DNA of 64,000 bases. Source: Thermoplasmata archaeon. GTDB taxonomy: Archaea > Thermoplasmatota > Thermoplasmata > Thermoplasmatales > GCA-001856825. The translations under genes were made by a program, and so were the position numbers. The notes beneath the pieces are model-generated. The model was not told the origin of the DNA. It saw only the letters and a program-made list of their open reading frames with translations, and did not search any database. Numbering within the stretch: the stretch's first letter is position 1; every line of letters begins with the position of its first letter. The DNA lies in contig JBMFVV010000004.1 of NCBI GenBank assembly GCA_049965815.1, forward strand, positions 1,858 to 65,857. Reading direction: 5' to 3'. Below, piece by piece: positions 57,768 to 64,000 of the stretch.

Positions 57768-58331
57768 ATGAAAGTGATAATAGGAGGAATACCTGGAGTG
57801 GGAAAGACAACAGTACTGGATGAACTTGTGAAGGAGGGGTTCAGAGTGGAAAACTACGGTGACGCCATGCTGAAAGAGGCAATTTCCCGGAACTATGCAA
57901 AGAACAGGGACGAGCTGAGAAAACTTCCAGTAGATAAACAGAAAGAGATACAGAAAGTTGCGGCCGACAAACTGGCACAGTATAATGATGTGATAATTGA
58001 TACACACTTTTCCATAAACACTAAAGGGGGATATCTTCCAGGGCTTCCAGTAAAGGTCTTGGAATTAATCAACCCTGACCTATTTATCTCAATAGAGGCC
58101 GATCCTCTTGAAATTTTCGAAAGGAGGAAGAACGATCCTAGGAGAAACAGAGACAAAGACTCCCTGGAGAAAATAAGGGCTCACTTGGAGGCAAACAGAA
58201 GTTATGGAATAACTTATTCTGCGATGACAGGCTCTCCATTCCTGGTAGTAATGAATGAAAATGGAAAAGTCAAGGAAGCATCTGCAAAAATAATATCCGT
58301 CATAAGGCCAAACGACGGAGGCGAACAATGA
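57768..58331 (+). CDS. adkA: Adenylate kinase, archaeal type
   Basis: P-loop GIPGVGKTT. Conserved position after secY. Confidence 0.88.
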   Translation: MKVIIGGIPGVGKTTVLDELVKEGFRVENYGDAMLKEAISRNYAKNRDELRKLPVDKQKEIQKVAADKLAQYNDVIIDTHFSINTKGGYLPGLPVKVLELINPDLFISIEADPLEIFERRKNDPRRNRDKDSLEKIRAHLEANRSYGITYSAMTGSPFLVVMNENGKVKEASAKIISVIRPNDGGEQ

Positions 58332-59041
58332 GTCAAGGTAGATCTACTCCACCACAGACAAGAGAACAGCAACAGGCTATGTCCTCGGGAATGAGGACAC
58401 AGATGCTGTACTTCTTGGTCATGATCCTTCTTCTTTTCGTTTACACAATACCCACGCTTAGAACTCTCTTTGCAATTCCCATGATATACATATTACAGCC
58501 ATTCATCGGATTCGGATTCAAGGAACCTCTCTTCACAATTCTCATATCAGCACTTATAACTGGATTCGTAAACACTATTGCCAGGCATTTTTTCACTGAC
58601 TATTTTGCAATGGCAGAGATGCAGCACAAAAACAAAAAACTTCAAGAACGTTACAGGGAGGCCATAAGAACCAAGGACAAGGCTGAAATGAATGCAGTAA
58701 GGGCAGAGCAGTCAAAGTCAATGCAGGATTCAATGAAACTGACGCAGCAACAGATGAAACCAACTTTCGTCACTCTCATACTTACCGTACTCATTTTTGC
58801 GTGGCTGATAGGATTCATGGATCAAGCAAAGGTGCTGGGAACGACTTTCATATCATATCCATTCTCGGCCCAGACAGGGAACATGATGTACCTCTTCCAT
58901 GGATTTTACGTATGGATAGGCCTTTACTCACTGTTCTCACTAATTTTCACTTATCCACTGCAGTATACGTTGAAATTATGGTACATGAGGCGGAGTGTAA
59001 GGAATGAGGGTAACTATATCGGGCCCACCGGGCAGCGGTAA
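58328..59041 (+). CDS. DUF106 / EMC3-Oxa1-like membrane protein (archaeal YidC-type insertase candidate)
   Basis: Three TM helices with a cytoplasmic coiled-coil hairpin (KLQERYREAIRTKDKAEMNAVRAEQSKSMQD). Conserved position between adk and cmk. Confidence 0.7.
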   Translation: MSQGRSTPPQTREQQQAMSSGMRTQMLYFLVMILLLFVYTIPTLRTLFAIPMIYILQPFIGFGFKEPLFTILISALITGFVNTIARHFFTDYFAMAEMQHKNKKLQERYREAIRTKDKAEMNAVRAEQSKSMQDSMKLTQQQMKPTFVTLILTVLIFAWLIGFMDQAKVLGTTFISYPFSAQTGNMMYLFHGFYVWIGLYSLFSLIFTYPLQYTLKLWYMRRSVRNEGNYIGPTGQR

Positions 59042-59558
59042 GACAACGGTTGCAGAAATAGTAAGCAACAGATTGTCTTACGAGCTTATTACAGGTGGAA
59101 AGATTTTCAGAGAGAAAGCAAAGGAAATGAACATGTCATTAGCAGAACTTGGATCGGCCGCAGAGAATGATGAAAAGTACGACAAGATGCTAGATGACTA
59201 CTTACTGGATATCATGAAGAGCAGGAATAACCTGGTAGTAGAATCCAGATTGTCTGGCTGGTTGTGCTATCTCAACAGTATAGAAGCCTTCAAGGTTTTT
59301 GTTGATGCAAAGGAGGAAGTTAGACTTGAGAGGATAAGGAATTCCATTCAGAGCAGGGAAGAGGAGATGGGAGACAATATACTGTTCCAGATGAGGGAAA
59401 GACAGGAGAGCGAGTGGGAACGCTATAAGAAATATTATGGAATAGATTACAGGGATACGTCAATATATGACCTTGTCCTAGATGCCAGCAACGATAGGGC
59501 AGAAAAGATTGCAGAGGTGATAATCGATGGCCTCAATCTTCGGAAAAGAACCATCTGA
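59004..59558 (+). CDS. cmk: Cytidylate kinase, archaeal type
   Basis: P-loop ISGPPGSGKTT and cluster position. Confidence 0.85.
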   Translation: MRVTISGPPGSGKTTVAEIVSNRLSYELITGGKIFREKAKEMNMSLAELGSAAENDEKYDKMLDDYLLDIMKSRNNLVVESRLSGWLCYLNSIEAFKVFVDAKEEVRLERIRNSIQSREEEMGDNILFQMRERQESEWERYKKYYGIDYRDTSIYDLVLDASNDRAEKIAEVIIDGLNLRKRTI

Positions 59559-60414
59559 GAGAACCATAGAGGAAAGGATCAGTTATGGATTCGTTGTAAT
59601 AGATAAGCCGAGAGGACCAACATCGCACCAGGTTTCCGCTTGGGTAAAGGAGATACTGGGTATTTCAAAGGCTGGTCATGTTGGTACACTTGATCCAAAC
59701 GTTACAGGTGTTCTTCCAGTTGGTCTTGAGAAGGCTACAAGACTGGCAGACTTTCTTCACGAGCAGGGAAAGGAGTATGTCGGTCTAATGCTTCTTCACA
59801 AGCAAGTAGATATGGATAAAGTTGAAGGAATATTCAAGGAATTCACAGGAGAAATATTTCAGTTCCCTCCGCTAAGGTCAGCAGTAGCTAGAAATCTCAG
59901 AAAGAGAACAGTTCATTCACTCCAACTGCTGGAGATTAAGAATAGGTATGTCCTGTTTAGGGCGGACGTGGAATCGGGAGTATACATAAGGACGTTATGC
60001 AGGGACATAGGCGATGCTCTCCTCGTCGGAGCAAATATGGTCGAACTTAGAAGGACAAGAAGTGGACCAATAGATGAATCATACCTATCGACACTGCAGA
60101 AATTGAAGGACGCCTATACTCTCTACAAGGAGGGAGACGATAAACTGCTTTCTGAAATGATAATCGATCCAGAACAGGTCACGAAAGACTATCCAAGGAT
60201 AGTGATAAAGGAAAGTGCGATAGATGCAATGGCACATGGAGCAACTGTTTTCAGAAAGGGCATTATCGAAGATCTCTCAGAAGGTAATACTGTCAGGATC
60301 ATGAGCCCCAAGGGAGAGCTACTGGGAATGGGAGTAAGAGAAGGTGTTAATGTTAAACCCACTGTCGTCCTCGTAGACAGGAATATTTATCCCAAGGGCT
60401 GGAAGAGCAGCTGA
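59527..60414 (+). CDS. cbf5: H/ACA RNP pseudouridine synthase Cbf5 (TruB family) with a PUA domain
   Basis: KAGHVGTLDPNVTGVLPV catalytic Asp block. C-terminal PUA-like region. Confidence 0.9.
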   Translation: MASIFGKEPSERTIEERISYGFVVIDKPRGPTSHQVSAWVKEILGISKAGHVGTLDPNVTGVLPVGLEKATRLADFLHEQGKEYVGLMLLHKQVDMDKVEGIFKEFTGEIFQFPPLRSAVARNLRKRTVHSLQLLEIKNRYVLFRADVESGVYIRTLCRDIGDALLVGANMVELRRTRSGPIDESYLSTLQKLKDAYTLYKEGDDKLLSEMIIDPEQVTKDYPRIVIKESAIDAMAHGATVFRKGIIEDLSEGNTVRIMSPKGELLGMGVREGVNVKPTVVLVDRNIYPKGWKSS

Positions 60415-60457
60415 ATTAATCAAAAAAAGATTTTAATCATCCCTTTATTGTAGAAGT

Positions 60458-61693
60458 GTGTACAGTTTCCTCGCTCCTATCCTAATTGCACTCACACTTG
60501 GATATCTTGCAACGCTGATTGCGAGACTGACTGGAACTGTATACATCCCTTATCTGATACTTCTCGGAATATTAGTTGGGCCAGTGCTTTACCTAATTAG
60601 ACCAAGCGAAGCACAGGTGCTCTTCTACAATTATATAGGACCGATAGGAGCAGCATTCATCATATTAGCTGAATCTGCCAAGATTCCCAGGTATCTAATC
60701 AGACGGGTAGTAAAGCCTCTATCGATGATGCTCACATTTGTCCTTTTCGTAACAGGGATAACGACCGGGGTCGTCCTTGTCTTCATGCTCAGGGCACCTG
60801 TATGGGTAGGGTTCATGGTTGGGGCAATAATTTCATCTACAGATCCGGCATCAATCATAACTTCTCTCAGGAAATCTAAGGTATCGGAAGTTCCTTCCAC
60901 CCTTCTAGTTACGGAGTCGGTGTTCAATGATCCATTTTCTTTCCTTTTCCTGATAACTGTAATCCTTATATTCTTCCCAAAAAACATTTCTTACATACAA
61001 TCGTCGCCCTTCGTATTCAACAATATCATACTTTATATCATCATTACTCAAGGATCGTTTCCTATACTAATTTCCGGTGCACTCTTTGGTCTTCTCTATT
61101 TTCTAAGGATCAAATTGCCGAAAGATTTCAAGGAATACTATACTGCCATGTTCCTTCTTTTTGGATTGTCAGCCTATTCCATTACAGTTTTGGTCGGCGG
61201 CTCCGGGTACATGGCTGCTGCAATATTCGGGGTACTCTCAGGTAATTTCATGCCGAGAGATCCAGAATTCGAAAGCTACAAACTGTTTATGGATGACCTA
61301 TCTACGTTCGCTGCCATACTGATATTCGTTTTCCTCGGTGCTTCTATCAGCCTCCCTATCCTAATTAAGTTTCTGATACCAGGGGTGCTGATAGCACTTA
61401 TTCTGATATTCATAATCAGGCCTCTTGCCGTAGTCCTGGCTGGTTCCGTAGACACGAGCGTTAAGTACGAAGACCTTCTTTTTGTTGGCCTGGAGGGGAC
61501 AAGAGGAATTTTTCCCGCTATATTAGCTCCAACCATCCTCATTATGGGAGAAGCAGCAAACAACGTTCTAATTCAGTACTGGGGGCAGGCTATTGAGGCC
61601 ATTGTTCTCGTGATCGTATTCACATCCCTAACAGTACAACCGCTTCTTATGGGTAGGATTTACAAAGCACTTCACAAGAACGACAATACCTAG
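60458..61693 (+). CDS. Cation:proton antiporter, CPA1 (NhaP-like) family; GTG start
   Basis: About 11-12 TM helices. GAIISSTDPASI and TESVFNDPFSF blocks typical of Na+/H+ exchangers. Confidence 0.78.
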   Translation: MYSFLAPILIALTLGYLATLIARLTGTVYIPYLILLGILVGPVLYLIRPSEAQVLFYNYIGPIGAAFIILAESAKIPRYLIRRVVKPLSMMLTFVLFVTGITTGVVLVFMLRAPVWVGFMVGAIISSTDPASIITSLRKSKVSEVPSTLLVTESVFNDPFSFLFLITVILIFFPKNISYIQSSPFVFNNIILYIIITQGSFPILISGALFGLLYFLRIKLPKDFKEYYTAMFLLFGLSAYSITVLVGGSGYMAAAIFGVLSGNFMPRDPEFESYKLFMDDLSTFAAILIFVFLGASISLPILIKFLIPGVLIALILIFIIRPLAVVLAGSVDTSVKYEDLLFVGLEGTRGIFPAILAPTILIMGEAANNVLIQYWGQAIEAIVLVIVFTSLTVQPLLMGRIYKALHKNDNT

Positions 61694-61758
61694 CCAACAC
61701 TGAATATGACAGGAGGAATAGCAGAAGAAAAGAACAGAGCAACTTCGTTAATGCTATT

Positions 61759-61965
61759 CTAGATATTTTCGAACTCCTCACTTACATCAATTATAACTTG
61801 CTCCATCAGTTTGTCAATGTTCCTGGCGGAAAACTCTCTTAGACCTCCCATCTCGCTTTTGACTTTAGCGATGAACTTGGAGTTTTCTGTGAAAATGTCG
61901 AAGTGAACAAGCAATTCTTCCATGAGCGGTGATATATATTCCGTATAAATTTTTTTAGATTTGAT
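61759..61965 (-). pseudogene. 3' portion (68 codons plus stop) of a 79-codon hypothetical ORF split by the IS66-family insertion
   Basis: The 91-aa track ORF (61759-62034) draws its first 23 codons from inside the IS. Removing the IS and one copy of the 8-bp duplication joins this segment in frame to ATG 63471. Confidence 0.6.
61958..61965. repeat. Left 8-bp target-site duplication (GATTTGAT) of the IS66-family element
   Basis: GATTTGAT directly abuts the left terminal repeat, and an identical octamer abuts the right end at 63431-63438. Confidence 0.85.
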
Positions 61966-63430
61966 GTAACTGGTCAGTCTGATGTGGACTTCAACCTGGA
62001 TGAGTCTCCCTTCTTGTGATGAGTTTCGGTACATCCCTTATGAAATTCCTCCTCCTCAGCTTCTGGGTATAGAAGATGGAGAAGAGCCTGTCGTACGCTT
62101 CTGATCCACGGGGTGATCTCGTCCCTCCAGATACCTTCCTGTATATCACTGAAGGTCTTAACGCTCTCTCAGCCCTGTTGTTTGTCGGTTCCACGTTGGA
62201 ATCAACAACGAATCGGAAGAGCCACTCCCTCTTCCGCTTGAGGAGATTGTCTACGAACTTCCTTGTCCTGAGATGCTCGTAACCCGTGTCTAGCAGGAAC
62301 ACCAACCTCTGGTACAGCTCATCTATGTCTTCAGATGTACCATTCCCATTGAACGATTTGGCCTTATCGTATATCTTCTGGAGGGATTCCTTTATCCTCC
62401 TTCCCTCTTCTCCATAGAAATCCTCCAGTTCCTTTGCGTCTGATATGATATGAGACCAGCAGTACTGCTGCGGATTCTTTGTCTTGGATGCAAGTGTTTC
62501 AAATGCGCTGTATCTGTCATGGATATCAGTTCCGCTGTGCTCTCCAAGGATTTCAAGAGCAACTTCGTGGTTGTTGCTTCTGGCGGTATGGAATATCGCT
62601 TCCCCCTTGGTTACGAATACCCACAGGGCTCTGTTCACACCGTTCTCCCTGAATGTTGTTGTATCCACGTTCCTTGAAGGTGCTCTCCTTATATCATCAA
62701 GAAGATTGAGATATTCCTTGCCTAAGGCATCTGAAAGCTGGTAGAGAATGTCCTGGATCTCTCCTTCAGATATCGCTATACCGAACATCTCTCTCATCGT
62801 AGTGGAAACGTTCTCAAGACTCATCCTCATCCCTATCTTGAGATATGAGACGATGAGCATCGTTCTGAGGGAGAGTCTCGCACCTGGAAGTGCATTCGGC
62901 ACTTCAGGTTCAAATGTTTCCCTGCAATGCCTGCAGTACATCCTCTCAATGCGGTACTGAATCACCCTGGGTTCTATGGGAGGGATGTCTTCTATCACCC
63001 TTTTCCGTATACCCTTCCTCACGAGAGGGGAGGAGCATATTGGACAGGAGAATCCTCCTGCCTTTAGAGTCACTCTTTCTGTTATTTTAGGAGTTCTCCT
63101 GTAATGACCCTTATGGCCGGGTTGTGCTCCGGGATTCCTGTCGCTCTTCTCTCTTCTGGGATGCTCTTCCATTATGAAGTAGGCCTTTCCGTTCTTGATG
63201 CCAATTGTTGATGGATGCCTCTTCTTGTATTCCTCAATTTCCCTCTTTAGGCGCTCATTCTCCTCCTTGAGTTTCCTGTTCTCCTCAGCGAGACGATCTA
63301 TCTCTCTCTGATCTCTGGGAGTTTCTGCAAGAAATCGAGCCATGACATACATATGATACCATGGATATTCATGTTTCTATTACCAGATTTGGTCAAATAC
63401 CATAATCAGGCACAGGGGACTGACCAGTTA
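61966..63430 (-). mobile_element. IS66-family insertion sequence (single-ORF type), 1465 bp
   Basis: Perfect 14-bp terminal inverted repeats: GTAACTGGTCAGTC at 61966-61979 and its reverse complement at 63417-63430. The 8-bp direct repeat flanks are as expected for IS66. Confidence 0.9.
61991..63352 (-). CDS. IS66-family transposase (TnpC-like)
   Basis: N-terminal leucine zipper (LKEENERLKREIEEYKK). Zinc-finger pairs CPICSS and CRHCRE. C-terminal NNRAERALRPSVIYRKVSGGTRSPRG block characteristic of IS66 transposases. Confidence 0.88.
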   Translation of the reverse strand: MYVMARFLAETPRDQREIDRLAEENRKLKEENERLKREIEEYKKRHPSTIGIKNGKAYFIMEEHPRREKSDRNPGAQPGHKGHYRRTPKITERVTLKAGGFSCPICSSPLVRKGIRKRVIEDIPPIEPRVIQYRIERMYCRHCRETFEPEVPNALPGARLSLRTMLIVSYLKIGMRMSLENVSTTMREMFGIAISEGEIQDILYQLSDALGKEYLNLLDDIRRAPSRNVDTTTFRENGVNRALWVFVTKGEAIFHTARSNNHEVALEILGEHSGTDIHDRYSAFETLASKTKNPQQYCWSHIISDAKELEDFYGEEGRRIKESLQKIYDKAKSFNGNGTSEDIDELYQRLVFLLDTGYEHLRTRKFVDNLLKRKREWLFRFVVDSNVEPTNNRAERALRPSVIYRKVSGGTRSPRGSEAYDRLFSIFYTQKLRRRNFIRDVPKLITRRETHPG

Positions 63431-63438
63431 CGATTTGA
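63431..63438. repeat. Right 8-bp target-site duplication (GATTTGAT)
   Basis: Direct copy of 61958-61965, immediately outside the right terminal repeat. Confidence 0.85.
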
Positions 63439-63471
63439 TAAAGCAGTTAAAATCCTGTGTAAAATAGGTCA
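63439..63471 (-). pseudogene. 5' portion (11 codons, MTYFTQDFNCF) of the ORF split by the IS66-family insertion
   Basis: The reverse strand has ATG at 63471-63469, preceded by an in-frame TAA. The frame runs into the duplicated octamer in the same phase as the 3' portion. Confidence 0.55.
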
Positions 63472-63576
63472 TTTAAATGAACATTATGTCAGTTGAGCAA
63501 ATGTTCAGTACAAGGTATCTGTGATTTACAAATACTTTGTGGTATAGTCCATCCCAACCCAATTACATTCCTGATA

Positions 63577-63683
63577 GGATTGCAAAATTAGATTACCAGA
63601 TTCTACTGCAATAAGGTCCAGAGCTTCTGCCAGGATTGCAGCGCATTTTAAGCATAATCTGTCGTATTTACAACTGCAATAAG
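63577..63683 (+). promoter_or_regulatory. Two tandem units of GGATTGCA-Nx-CTGCAATAAG (candidate operator or hairpin units) upstream of the ArsR-type gene
   Basis: GGATTGCA occurs at 63577 and 63633, and CTGCAATAAG at 63606 and 63674. ATTGCA and TGCAAT are reverse complements. Confidence 0.35.
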
Positions 63684-63778
63684 TATGCGCCTGGAAATTC
63701 CTCATATGCTACTTCAGGTATGGTTACAGTTATTTAGAAGGAAGAATATATCGATGGAAAGGATGGGAACTGGGGTTG

Positions 63779-64000
63779 ATGTTAGTGAAAAATGAAGAAG
63801 TGAGATCGTGCACTGTGACTAACGTGAAAAAAGTTGATTCGACTAAATACCAGAAATTAGCTGAAATACTGAACGGAGTAGCTAATAGCACAAGGATTGC
63901 AATACTTCAAATACTGACTGAATATCCCGAAGTTTGTACCTGTGATCTTGAATCAGCTCTTGGCATTCCCCAACCTACTGTGACATCTCATCTTCACAAG
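63779..64000 (+). CDS. ArsR/SmtB-family metalloregulator, 5' part (runs off the window end)
   Basis: My manual translation gives MLVKNEEVRSCTVTNVKKVDSTKYQKLAEILNGVANSTRIAILQILTEYPEVCTCDLESALGIPQPTVTSHLHK. It has the classic ArsR pattern (xxTRLxILxxL, CxC metal site, QPTVSHHL-like recognition helix). Confidence 0.75.
   Translation, partial: MLVKNEEVRSCTVTNVKKVDSTKYQKLAEILNGVANSTRIAILQILTEYPEVCTCDLESALGIPQPTVTSHLHK

Noticed and set aside
1-64000. CRISPR arrays, cas genes, restriction-modification or other recognisable defence modules, and rRNA, SRP RNA or RNase P RNA genes.
   Set aside because: No regularly spaced direct repeats were seen in any intergenic region. No ORF has Cas, methyltransferase or nuclease signatures. 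No GC-rich structured-RNA-like stretch of suitable length is present outside the three tRNA genes.

Overview
This is an AT-rich archaeal chromosome segment; the gene content looks Thermoplasmata-like, but I cannot verify that here. About 60% is ordinary housekeeping DNA. Left to right:

- **1-3423:** the 3' end of a CbiA-like amidotransferase and a FecB/BtuF-type ABC importer (binding protein, permease, ATPase).
- **3589-9378:** pantoate kinase and CoaBC, then a tightly coupled cysS / nicotinamidase / NAPRTase / pyroglutamyl-peptidase block, and ribosomal protein L40e, which is below the ORF-track size cut-off.
- **9723-11087:** an APC permease preceded by a nested-helix element.
- **11091-16401:** a small accessory islet framed by tRNA-Thr, tRNA-Ser and tRNA-Ala. 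It holds a membrane protein, a secreted beta-helix protein, an IS1634-like element and a second isochorismatase.
- **16409-44465:** scattered metabolic and information-processing genes, including kptA, apgM, hom, truD, bcp, a ThyX-like gene, an S9 peptidase, a GltD-like gene, a QueG-like gene, an acyl-CoA dehydrogenase, xerA, rpiA and nrdJ.
- **44655-60414:** the canonical archaeal ribosomal-protein cluster, L3 through L15, followed by SecY, Adk, a DUF106 protein, Cmk and Cbf5. It includes a 53-codon S14 gene absent from the track.
- **60458-64000:** a CPA1 antiporter, an IS66-family element, and the 5' part of an ArsR-type regulator.

I found no CRISPR array, no rRNA, and no recognisable defence or toxin module. 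I could not identify a convincing novel multi-gene system.

The observations most worth follow-up:
- the 91-nt nested-helix element upstream of the APC permease;
- two IS insertions whose exact ends and target duplications are readable, one of which splits a 79-codon ORF;
- a QueG-like cobalamin/Fe-S enzyme in an archaeon;
- a SecY with an N-terminal two-helix extension;
- repeated motifs upstream of arsR.

All product calls come from motif recognition by eye and gene context. No database search was run.
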